Source of the DNA: an uncultured Gemmatimonadales bacterium | GTDB lineage: Bacteria > Gemmatimonadota > Gemmatimonadetes > Gemmatimonadales > JACORV01 | Direction: 5' to 3' | Assembly: GCA_964358595.1 (NCBI GenBank) | Contig: CAYHQJ010000003.1 | Location: 1-39,070, forward strand | Length of the DNA stretch: 39,070 bases | Shown: positions 31,567 through 39,070 of the stretch, piece after piece | How positions within the stretch are numbered: position 1 is the stretch's first letter | Layout of the letters: each line of letters starts with the position of its first letter | Made by a program: the position numbers and the translations under genes | The notes under the pieces: generated by a model | The model's input: only the letters and a program-made list of their open reading frames with translations | Databases searched by the model: none | Told to the model about the DNA's origin: nothing

Positions 31567-34395
31567 ATGGTGAGCCGCTCGCTGGTCCTGTCCCTGCCGG
31601 GGCTGCTGCTCCTCTTCCCGGTGCGTTCGCTGGTTGCGCAGGGCGCCGGTGCCGCGGACCTGGCTCGACCGCTGCCGATGGACTCGCTGTACACGGTCGG
31701 GACGCTGGACAACGGTCTGCGTTACTACATCCGGGTCAACCAGAGGCCGGAGAAGCGCGCGGAGCTGCGCCTGGTGGTGAACGCCGGGTCGGTGCTCGAG
31801 GCCGACGACCAGCGCGGGCTGGCGCACATGGTGGAGCACATGGCGTTCAACGGCACGGAGCGCTTCCCCAAACAGGCCCTGGTCCACTACCTCCAGTCCA
31901 TCGGCATGCGTTTCGGGGCCGACGTGAGCGCCTACACCAGCTTCGACGAAACCGTTTACACGCTCACCGTGCCCACCGACACGGGGAATTTCCTCGAGCA
32001 GGGGATCGAGATCCTGGGCGACTGGGCGCACGGGCAGGTGTTCGATTCGTCGGAGGTCGAAAGCGAGCGTGGTGTCGTCATCGAGGAGTGGCGGCTCGGG
32101 CGCGGCGCGGGGGCGCGGATGCGGGACCGGCAACTCCCCATCCTGTTGCGCGGATCGCGTTACGCCGAGCGGCTCCCCATTGGCGACGTGGCCTACCTGC
32201 GGACGTTTCCGCAGGAGCCGCTGCGCCGCTTCTATCGCGAGTGGTACCGGCCGGACCTCATGGCCGTGGTCGCGGTGGGAGACTTCGACAAGGCCGTGGT
32301 CGAGCGGTTGATCCGTGACCGCTTCTCCCGCTTGCCGAGGCCCGCCTCGCCCCCGGCCCGCACGGTCTTCCCCGTTCCCCCCCACGACTCGACGTATGTC
32401 GCGATCGCCACGGACCGGGAAGCGACCAACTCCAGCGTGACCGTCTATAACCTGCTGCCGGTGCGCGACCAGTCCACGGTCGGCGCCTACCGGCAAGACA
32501 TCGTCGAGAACCTGTTCAGCGGCATGCTCAACGCGCGCTTCTCGGAGATCGTGCAGCGGCCCGACGCGCCGTTCACCTTCGCCGGCTCGGGACGTGGCTA
32601 CTTCGTCCGGTCCGCCGACGCGTACACCTCGGTCGCCGGGGTGAGGAGTGGCGGCGTCCTGCGCGGACTGGAGGCGGCGCTCACCGAGACGGAACGCGTG
32701 GCGCGGTACGGCTTCACCGCCACGGAGCTGGAGCGGCAGAAGACCAATGTGCTGCGCGGTTACGAGCAGATCTACGCCGAGCGCGAGCGGCGTCAGTCGG
32801 CCTCCCACGCCGCCGAGTGCATCCGTCATATTCTCCAGGGCGAGAGCATGACCGGCGCCGAAGTCGAGTACCGCCTGAACCAGCGATTCCTGCCGGAGAT
32901 CACGCTCGACGAGGTGAACGGGCTGGCCCGCGAGCGGTTGTCGCCACGGAATCGCGTCGTCCTCGTCAACGCACCCGAGCAGCAGGGCGACTCGGTCCCG
33001 ACGGAGGCCCAACTCCTGGCGGTGTTCGACACCGTGCGAGCGAGGACGATCACGCCCTATCAGGACATGACCTCGTCGGCCCCGCTCGTGGCGCACCTGC
33101 CGGAGCCAGCGGCGATCGTCTCCGAGCGCCGCATCCCCGAGATCGGCGTGACCGAGTGGAGGCTGGCGAACGGCGTGCGGGTGGTGCTCAAGCCGACCGA
33201 CTTCCAGGCCGACCAGATCCTGCTCTCCGCCACCAGTCCCGGCGGGACGTCGCTGGTCCCCGACTCGATGTATCTGGCGGCGTCCTGGGCGACGACGGCC
33301 GGCGGCGCCGGCGGTGTCGGGGAGTTCAGCGCCATCGACCTGCGCCGGATCCTCACCGGCAAGATCGCTGGAGCCAACCCCTACATCGGGAGCCGGACGG
33401 AGGGCATGAACGGCAGCGCGTCTCCGAGGGACGTCGAGACGATGCTCCAGCTCGTCTATCTCCGCTTCGCGGCCCCGCGGCGCGACAGCGCGGCGTTCGT
33501 CGCCTTTCGCCAGACCTTCCAGGCCGAGCTCGCAAACCGGGGAGCCAATCCCCAGGCGGCGTTCCGGGACACCATTAGCGTCACGATGAGTCAGCACCAC
33601 TTCCGGGCCCGGCCGCTTAACGCGGCCGTGCTGGACGAGATCGACCTGGACCGCGCGATGGCGTTCTACCGAGAGCGGTACGCCGACGCGAGCGACTTCA
33701 CGTTTTTCATCGTGGGGAACTTCTCGGTTGATTCGCTGCGGCCTCTGGTGCAGCGCTACCTGGGCGGGCTACCCTCGCTCAACCGGCACGAAACGGGTCG
33801 GGACGTCGGCATGCGGCCGCCGACCGGCGTCGTGGACAGGGTGGTGCGCCGCGGCGTCGAGCCGCAGAGCCAGACGTTCCTCTCCTTCACGGGACCGTTT
33901 GAGTGGAGCAGGGTGAACCAGTACGTGCTGGGGTCGTTAGGTGAAGTGCTGCAGCTGCGCCTGCTCGATCGCCTGCGGGAGGCGCTCGGCGGCACCTACA
34001 GCGTCAGCGCGGGCGCCGGCGGCGGCCGGGACGCGCCGCAGCGGTATTCGGTGACGGTCCAGTTCGACAGCGCGCCCGAACGGGTCGAGGAGCTGACCCG
34101 GGCGGTGTTCGCGGAAATCCAGGCGATCAGCGACTCCGGACCGAGCGCGGCCGAGCTCGAGAGGGTGAAGGAGACGCAGCGGCGCCAGCGCGAGACCGGC
34201 TTGCGTCAGAACGCCTTCTGGTTGAGCGTGCTGGGCAGCGCCTATCAGTATGGCGACGACCCGCGCATCGTGTTGACCTTCGACACCCTGGTGAACGGAC
34301 TCACCGCAGCGGCGATCCGCGACGCGGCCCAGCGCTATATCAGGATGGACAACTACGTCCACGTGACGCTGCTCCCGGAGGCCCCCCACCAGTAA
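31567..34395 (+). CDS. Large fused M16-family zinc peptidase (two insulinase units in one 942-aa chain), secreted
   Basis: HMVEH (HxxEH) in GLAHMVEHMAFNGTERF. Signal peptide MVSRSLVLSLPGLLLLFPVRSLVAQ. The second half repeats the M16 fold without the zinc motif. GGAG precedes the ATG at 31567. Confidence 0.9.
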   Translation: MVSRSLVLSLPGLLLLFPVRSLVAQGAGAADLARPLPMDSLYTVGTLDNGLRYYIRVNQRPEKRAELRLVVNAGSVLEADDQRGLAHMVEHMAFNGTERFPKQALVHYLQSIGMRFGADVSAYTSFDETVYTLTVPTDTGNFLEQGIEILGDWAHGQVFDSSEVESERGVVIEEWRLGRGAGARMRDRQLPILLRGSRYAERLPIGDVAYLRTFPQEPLRRFYREWYRPDLMAVVAVGDFDKAVVERLIRDRFSRLPRPASPPARTVFPVPPHDSTYVAIATDREATNSSVTVYNLLPVRDQSTVGAYRQDIVENLFSGMLNARFSEIVQRPDAPFTFAGSGRGYFVRSADAYTSVAGVRSGGVLRGLEAALTETERVARYGFTATELERQKTNVLRGYEQIYAERERRQSASHAAECIRHILQGESMTGAEVEYRLNQRFLPEITLDEVNGLARERLSPRNRVVLVNAPEQQGDSVPTEAQLLAVFDTVRARTITPYQDMTSSAPLVAHLPEPAAIVSERRIPEIGVTEWRLANGVRVVLKPTDFQADQILLSATSPGGTSLVPDSMYLAASWATTAGGAGGVGEFSAIDLRRILTGKIAGANPYIGSRTEGMNGSASPRDVETMLQLVYLRFAAPRRDSAAFVAFRQTFQAELANRGANPQAAFRDTISVTMSQHHFRARPLNAAVLDEIDLDRAMAFYRERYADASDFTFFIVGNFSVDSLRPLVQRYLGGLPSLNRHETGRDVGMRPPTGVVDRVVRRGVEPQSQTFLSFTGPFEWSRVNQYVLGSLGEVLQLRLLDRLREALGGTYSVSAGAGGGRDAPQRYSVTVQFDSAPERVEELTRAVFAEIQAISDSGPSAAELERVKETQRRQRETGLRQNAFWLSVLGSAYQYGDDPRIVLTFDTLVNGLTAAAIRDAAQRYIRMDNYVHVTLLPEAPHQ

Positions 34396-34419
34396 GCGGA
34401 GGCGATCGCCCCCTCGAAC

Positions 34420-34530
34420 CTGATGTGGAGCACCTCGGACTCCACCATCGCGGTCGTCGAAGCGGGCGGCCTCCTGAGGGGCCGAGCGATGGGACCGGTC
34501 GCCGTGACCGTCCGGCTGGATCCGCTGGTC
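34420..34530 (+). other. Orphan fragment resembling the C-terminal half of a bacterial Ig-like (Big_2) domain
   Basis: LMWSTSDSTIAVVEAGGLLRGRAMGPVAVTVRL resembles the Big_2 core W-S-S-S-[DN]-x-x-[VI]-A-x-V-x-x-x-G-L-[VL]-x-x-x-x-x-G-x-x-x-[VI]-T. It lies in the convergent gap between the M16 and GH26 genes, in frame with the M16 stop codon. No N-terminal half or plausible start context. Confidence 0.3.
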
Positions 34531-34540
34531 AACCTTCGCG

Positions 34541-35728
34541 TCAAAGCGCGGAATCCGCCGGCGATGGGCGCGGTAGCGGGCCGGCCGCCCACGGACGCAC
34601 GGCCTCCGCGACGGCGCGGATCGTTGCCGAGTCGCGGACGATCGTCCAGTCTACCGCCTGATAGGTGACGGTCTGATCGCCCAGAACATGGAAGAAGAGC
34701 AGCGCTCGCACGGCGGGATGCCGCGCCGGGAGATTCGCGAGCGCGTCCCGGTACCACGCCGCACGGTCGCCGCCCACCGCGAGCGAGCCGAGCTCGGCGA
34801 TCACGATCGGCTTCTGAAAGGCGGCGAGCCGCGGGTAGTGCTTGGTGAAGATTTCGCTGAAGCTCCACCACCGCGACCACTGCGCGATGGGTCCGAAGTT
34901 CAGCACTCCGGTCGCCACCCAGTCCACGTACGCGTCGCCCGGGTAGTAGAGCTCCCAGTACGGGTACGCCACGTGCGGCGACCACACCCAGATCACGTTG
35001 GTCGCCCCCGCGCGCCGGAAGCGCCCGACCACGTGCCGCCACGCGGCGATGTACTCCTCCTTGGTATTGTTCTGCGGTCCCCACGGGTAGCGGTACGGGT
35101 CATTCATCTCGTGGGCGAAGCGGATGAAGATCGGCTTGCCGAACGCGACCGCACCGGTGGCCCACGCGTCGACGTAGAAGTCGTAGTCACCCCTGGCGAT
35201 CCCCGCGAGCCCGTGGTTCTCGCGAGCATCGCGGACCGGGAGATCCGGATGGCGTGCGTTCTCGAAATCGGTGAGCCACGGCTCCCAGGTGACCAACGGA
35301 ACCGAGCCGAAATCCCAGATCGCCGTCACGGCCCGGAGCGGAAACTGCTGGTCCGGCTTGTCGCCCCAGGCGGCGTAGAACTGCACCAGCGGCAAGGTGA
35401 CGCCGATGCTGCGCTCCAGTTGCTCGACGCCGCCGAGCGTCCGCGGGAAGCCGCCGTCGTACGCCCCCAAGAGCACGGTGTCGGGGCGGCGCAACAGCTC
35501 GGGATCGCGCCGGTAGCGCTCGAACCATGCGAGCTCGCCAGCACGTCCCGGCCCGGACACACGGCGGCGCACCCTGTGCTCGAGGGTGCCGACGGCGGTC
35601 CCGAGGCGCTCGAGTACGGCCGCGATGGGCCCCTCCGACCCGCTGCTGAGAGAGGTGAGCACGGCGAAGCCGCCGACGCAGCCCGCGATCACTGCCGCGG
35701 AGACCAGGAGCCGGTGGCGCCGTCTCAC
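34541..35728 (-). CDS. Membrane-anchored glycoside hydrolase, GH26-like (beta-mannanase/beta-glucanase clan GH-A)
   Basis: N-terminal TM anchor LLVSAAVIAGCVGGFAVL. Acid/base motif IFIRFAHEMNDPYRYPWG (R.xHExN of GH26) and a nucleophile candidate in IVIAELG. The GTG start overlaps the GT2 stop (GTGA). Confidence 0.7.
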   Translation of the reverse strand: MRRRHRLLVSAAVIAGCVGGFAVLTSLSSGSEGPIAAVLERLGTAVGTLEHRVRRRVSGPGRAGELAWFERYRRDPELLRRPDTVLLGAYDGGFPRTLGGVEQLERSIGVTLPLVQFYAAWGDKPDQQFPLRAVTAIWDFGSVPLVTWEPWLTDFENARHPDLPVRDARENHGLAGIARGDYDFYVDAWATGAVAFGKPIFIRFAHEMNDPYRYPWGPQNNTKEEYIAAWRHVVGRFRRAGATNVIWVWSPHVAYPYWELYYPGDAYVDWVATGVLNFGPIAQWSRWWSFSEIFTKHYPRLAAFQKPIVIAELGSLAVGGDRAAWYRDALANLPARHPAVRALLFFHVLGDQTVTYQAVDWTIVRDSATIRAVAEAVRPWAAGPLPRPSPADSAL

Positions 35729-37515
35729 GCCTCCCCTCCCATGCGATCGACGTCCACGAAGTCCCAGGGAGCGCCGGGCGGCGGCCGTCGTGCCTGCCAG
35801 GCGGCGTAGAGCACCCCCAGCGACATCAGGACCGGTAGCGTCGCGAAGCCCACCATCCCCCAGACCGCCTGGCTGCTCAGCTCGAGCGCGCCTTCCGACG
35901 TGATGAACAGCCGCACGCGCAGCACGTGCGCCACCGTCGCCAGGTACAGGGCGAAGAGGATGAGCTGCGGCCAGGCCAGACGAAGGAATCGACCGCGCAC
36001 CGCCTCCTTGGCGGTTGGGATGTAGGGGATCTCAGCGCGTACGATGGCGAGCAGTGTCCCGAGGAGGAATACCGGCCAGCACGCCACTTTCAGGACCAGG
36101 CCGCGCCAGTGGGTTCCGCGTTCGGTCGCGGGGTGGCAGAGCCAGCGCTGGACGCAAAGGTACATCACGACCCCCATGGCCCCGACCGGCACCGCTGCGG
36201 CGAGGAATTCCTCGAAGCGCATGGCCGCCGGCTGCACGCCGGTCCATAGATACAGGTATGGGAAGATCAGGTAGAGCGGGGTCGTCATGCCGAAGAGATA
36301 GTAGGTACCGATGGCGAAATAGGATAAACGCTGCCACCAGCTCAGCCGTCGGAAGAGGCGCGGCAGCTCCGTGAACGCCACCTCGTACACGCCGCGCGCC
36401 CACTTGAGCTGCTGCTTGTAGAACGAGCCGAGGTCCTCGGGCACGAGCCCGCGGCTCAGCACTTCCGGGACATAGACCGACCGCCATCCCGCGCCGTGCA
36501 GCCGGATCGAGGTCACGAGATCCTCGGCGAGTCCGATGCCGTGCCCGCCGATGGAGGCGAGCGCGGCGCGGCGAAAAGTGCAGTTCGCCCCGATGGCTAC
36601 CGCGCCACCGAAGCCGTACAGCCCCATCTGCACGGGTCCGTAGAACGCGTACGTCTGCTCGGCCGCCCCACGCGCGGTGAAGGAGCGCCCCTGATTGTAG
36701 TACGCCTGCGCGACCTGCACGAACCCAACCCGCTCGTCGTTCAGGTGGCCGAGTACGCGATCCAGGAACTCGGGGAAGGGCACGTGGTCGGGATCGAGCA
36801 CGAGGATGAAGTCCTCATGCGTGAGCCCGAGCGCCCGGTTGATCTTCCCCGCCTTGGCGCCGGGGATGCCGACCAGCTCGAGCCACACCGCCCCATGGCG
36901 CTCCGCGATCTCACGGAAGCGCGGGTCGCGCGTGTCGTCGAGCAGGTAGGTGGTGTGCGGATAGCGGATCCTGGCGCACGCGGCGAGCGTCGTCTCGAAC
37001 ATCCCCGGCGGCTCGCCCGGCGAGCTCGTGGTGAAGATCGCGACCCGCCGCTCCGCGGGCGCCGGCCGATGCTCGGGACGCGCGATTCGGGCGTAGTTGA
37101 TCCAGCCGAGCACGATGCGGCTGATGCCGTACCAGAACGCGAGCGACAGCGCCGCGAAGAGCGCCGGCTGCGCGACGTGATCGCGCCGGAACCACCAATC
37201 GACGAGCCGGAGGACGGTGACGGCCCCGAAGCCGGCGAGCAGCGCCAGCGCGATGCGGTCCCGCAGGCCGACGGCCGCCGCTTGGCGGTGACGCCAGAGG
37301 TCGCGCCGCGACGCTGTCGCTCCGAGCTGCGGGGGCCCGGCCGCGGGAGCAGTGACTATCGCTCGACGCGCCGCACGGCGGCGCCCGTGAACCGGTAGCC
37401 GACCTGCACGCCCGCGCTGGCGGCCGTGTAGAAGGCGGTCCGCATGATCTCGCCGGTGGCCGCGAGCGTGAGCGCGCCCGTTGGTGCGAGCTCGAGGGCC
37501 GCCCGACCGATCCAC
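35725..37515 (-). CDS. Processive family-2 glycosyltransferase, cellulose-synthase-like polysaccharide synthase; start uncertain
   Basis: Two N-terminal TM segments; GT-A core with LLDDT, the DxD-type VLDPDH, GLAEDL (ED) and QQLKWARG (a QxxRW variant); five or so C-terminal TM segments. The only canonical in-frame start (ATG 37515) overlaps the upstream gene by 160 nt. The real start is probably downstream of 37356 (for example CTG at 37266). Confidence 0.8.
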   Translation of the reverse strand: MDRSGGPRARTNGRAHARGHRRDHADRLLHGRQRGRAGRLPVHGRRRAARRAIVTAPAAGPPQLGATASRRDLWRHRQAAAVGLRDRIALALLAGFGAVTVLRLVDWWFRRDHVAQPALFAALSLAFWYGISRIVLGWINYARIARPEHRPAPAERRVAIFTTSSPGEPPGMFETTLAACARIRYPHTTYLLDDTRDPRFREIAERHGAVWLELVGIPGAKAGKINRALGLTHEDFILVLDPDHVPFPEFLDRVLGHLNDERVGFVQVAQAYYNQGRSFTARGAAEQTYAFYGPVQMGLYGFGGAVAIGANCTFRRAALASIGGHGIGLAEDLVTSIRLHGAGWRSVYVPEVLSRGLVPEDLGSFYKQQLKWARGVYEVAFTELPRLFRRLSWWQRLSYFAIGTYYLFGMTTPLYLIFPYLYLWTGVQPAAMRFEEFLAAAVPVGAMGVVMYLCVQRWLCHPATERGTHWRGLVLKVACWPVFLLGTLLAIVRAEIPYIPTAKEAVRGRFLRLAWPQLILFALYLATVAHVLRVRLFITSEGALELSSQAVWGMVGFATLPVLMSLGVLYAAWQARRPPPGAPWDFVDVDRMGGEA

Positions 37516-38930
37516 GGCGAGAAGGTCCGGCGGTTCGATGACCGGACGACAACCGTCTGTCCCGGCGTCGGCCCGGCGCTCGTCACCAGCACCGGTTTGT
37601 CGTCCGTGGCGCGCACGGCGTACGATCCATTCAGCCGCAGCGTGATCGACGGCGCGAGACGGGCTGTCGCGGCGGCGAGCGCCGAGTGCGTCACGAGGTT
37701 CGCGGGCGTGTAGTAAGGCACGTAGCGGCCGTCCAGGCTGAAACGCGGATCCGTTGGCGGGTACGGCTGCTGCGGGCTCGCCAGCACAAAACGGCTCTCG
37801 TCAGCATTCTGCGCCGAGGCGCCGTAGCCGATCTGGAGCTGGCTGCCGCCACCACGGGCGACCGGCGCCAGCACCCAAACGTACGCCGTGCTGATGGCAT
37901 TCTTGTCCGGGTACCACTGCCGCTGCACGGCGGCCTCGCCCAGCCAGCCGCGCGGGTGGTTCCAGGCGAGGAGGGCGGTCCCCGTCGAGGTCATCACCGG
38001 CGTGGTGAGGCTCGCGAGGGTGTAGAGGTACACCTCGCGCTCGCCGCGCGCACGGAGCGCGAAGTGCCGCGGCAGCCGCACTCCGATCCCGAGTCGGCCG
38101 GTCCAATCGGTAGCGCCCCCCGCAGTGCGCTGCAGCGCGCCCACCGCAGCCTCCAGCTCCGTGCGGATCCCTGCTGCATAGTGCGTGAGCCGCACCACGG
38201 CGGCGCTGACGGTGATCGCGAGGGAGTCGCCGGACCGCAGCCAGCTCGACGTCGGGTGCGCGGTGAGCACGGTGAGTGGGGTCAGGAACCACCCCGCATC
38301 CGCCCCGACCCCGAGCCGCTCCAGAGGTTGGTCGTCGTGGCGGAGATCCGATGCCACGCGCACCCATGGCGCGGTGAGCGCGGCGATCTCCCGGAGCTGG
38401 CCCCGAACGTCCGCTTGCGTGGAGCCGGCGCGCAGTGCGGCGGAGAGCAAGCGCTTGGCGGCGGAGAGGTCGCCCTGCCAGTACGCGCTCGTGCCGAGGA
38501 GCGCCTGCGCCTGTCCGCGGGCGGCAGGGACGTCGAGGAGCGGAGTCACCACCTCGCCCAGGCGAGCGGCGTCAACCGTCTCGAGCAGCATCCGCCCGTA
38601 CTGGAGTCTCAGCGGCACATCGTTCGGGTGCAGGGCGAGCGTCTCTTCGTAGAGCTGGCGCGCGCCGGGAAAGTCCTTGATCCAGTAGAGGATCTGCGCG
38701 AGGAGTCGAGCTGCCTCGAGCTCCTCGGGATGCCGGCGCACATACGGGCGCAGGAGCTCCGCCGCTCCGGGGAGGTCACCCGCGTCACGGCGGCGCGTCG
38801 CCTCGGTCACCCGCGAGCCGTCATCCCGGTCCTGGGCGCGCGCGGAGCGTGGAAGAGCGAGGAGAATCGCGACGCCGAGGATGCTGGTTCTGATGTTCGA
38901 GTAGACTATCCGGTGCGGAGCGTGGAGCAT
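37356..38930 (-). CDS. Secreted TPR-repeat protein with C-terminal beta-barrel-like region (PgaA/BcsC/AlgK-AlgE-like export component)
   Basis: Signal peptide ...ILLALPRSARAQ. About 150 aa of TPR-like helices (AARLLAQILYWIKDFPGARQLYEETLALHPND...). Then about 330 aa of alternating beta pattern ending GVQVGYRF. First gene of the GT2/GH26 operon. Confidence 0.65.
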   Translation of the reverse strand: MLHAPHRIVYSNIRTSILGVAILLALPRSARAQDRDDGSRVTEATRRRDAGDLPGAAELLRPYVRRHPEELEAARLLAQILYWIKDFPGARQLYEETLALHPNDVPLRLQYGRMLLETVDAARLGEVVTPLLDVPAARGQAQALLGTSAYWQGDLSAAKRLLSAALRAGSTQADVRGQLREIAALTAPWVRVASDLRHDDQPLERLGVGADAGWFLTPLTVLTAHPTSSWLRSGDSLAITVSAAVVRLTHYAAGIRTELEAAVGALQRTAGGATDWTGRLGIGVRLPRHFALRARGEREVYLYTLASLTTPVMTSTGTALLAWNHPRGWLGEAAVQRQWYPDKNAISTAYVWVLAPVARGGGSQLQIGYGASAQNADESRFVLASPQQPYPPTDPRFSLDGRYVPYYTPANLVTHSALAAATARLAPSITLRLNGSYAVRATDDKPVLVTSAGPTPGQTVVVRSSNRRTFSPWIGRAALELAPTGALTLAATGEIMRTAFYTAASAGVQVGYRFTGAAVRRVER

Positions 38931-38967
38931 GTGGGCAATCTAGTCACACTGGCTCGGACGAGCCCTC

Positions 38968-38993
38968 GTTGGAGCCTCAAGGTTGGAGCCTCA
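38968..38993. repeat. Tandem direct repeat GTTGGAGCCTCA x2 (14-bp register) upstream of the polysaccharide operon
   Basis: Identical 12-mers at 38968-38979 and 38982-38993, separated by AG. They lie 38-63 nt upstream of the ATG at 38930. An adjacent 14-bp palindrome GGCTCG-GA-CGAGCC sits at 38951-38964. Confidence 0.85.
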
Positions 38994-39021
38994 GGCGGGG
39001 CGCCCACATCGTCGCGATTGG

Positions 39022-39070
39022 CTACAGGAACAGGCGCGCCGCCAGAATGGCGAGGACGTTGCCGGTCCAG
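39022..39070 (-). CDS. 3-prime end of an upstream gene (partial, hydrophobic C-terminus)
   Basis: The - strand reads ...GNVLAILAARLFL-stop (TAG at 39022-39024). Only 16 codons are visible, so this is weakly supported. Confidence 0.2.
   Translation of the reverse strand, partial: WTGNVLAILAARLFL

Noticed and set aside
31069-33600. 843-aa - strand ORF opposite the fused M16 peptidase
   Set aside because: Only its last 117 codons (31422-31072; stop codon at 31069-31071) look real: the signal peptide and N-terminal domain of the degraded TonB-dependent receptor. The rest is antisense to the HxxEH peptidase gene.
5197-35728. Seven 4-nt start/stop overlaps (ATGA or GTGA) at 5197, 8179, 9955, 12704, 16709, 26258 and 35725
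   Set aside because: These are real and were used as evidence for operon structure and start-codon choice. However, such translational coupling is ordinary in GC-rich bacterial operons, so it is not a finding in itself.
1-39070. Scan for tRNA/rRNA genes, CRISPR arrays, transposases, integrases, phage or defence-island hallmark genes
   Set aside because: None was recognised by eye on either strand. The only mobile-type or accessory signatures are the MazEF module and the gene relics reported above. A covariance-model and IS-database search would be needed to exclude small RNAs or miniature elements.

Overview
Very GC-rich chromosomal segment (about 70% by eye, not computed) from a diderm bacterium. 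The RND pump, TonB-dependent receptor remnant and outer-membrane-type proteins support the diderm call. A Gemmatimonadota-like origin is only a guess. Both strands are densely coding: about 36 apparently intact CDS, several gene relics, and no rRNA, tRNA, CRISPR, transposase or integrase that I could see. Many very long ORFs in the six-frame track are antisense or out-of-frame artefacts of the GC content.

Gene order, left to right:
- ABC exporter (-), divergent from an RND pump plus adaptor (+).
- Four-gene ECF sigma operon (-).
- Zn-finger thioredoxin plus FkbM methyltransferase (+).
- Small alarmone hydrolase-like HD protein (-).
- Aldo-keto reductase, lipoprotein, aldehyde dehydrogenase and tandem cyclase-homology protein operon (+).
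- M16 peptidase pair, SDR and glutamate dehydrogenase (-).
- DUF4382-like lipoprotein (-).
- PEBP and S9 peptidase (+).
- VOC and PflX-type radical SAM (-).
- Small membrane protein and MazEF-type toxin-antitoxin (+).
- TPP enzyme (-).
- Decay zone at 28.3-31.4 kb: GMC oxidoreductase stub, intact bacterioferritin, MazF-tail relic, degraded TonB-dependent receptor.
- Large fused M16 peptidase (+).
- Three-gene synthase-dependent exopolysaccharide-type operon (-): TPR/beta-barrel protein, processive GT2, GH26.

Best candidates for something undescribed:
1. The ECF sigma module, in which the anti-sigma sensor and a co-operonic secreted beta-rich protein both carry CBM48/AMPK-beta-like modules.
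2. The sensor-less, single-chain pseudo-heterodimeric class III cyclase-homology protein.
3. The minimal GT2/GH26/TPR-barrel polysaccharide secretion operon, which has tandem repeats in its promoter region.

All functional calls rest on motif recognition by eye. No database search was run.
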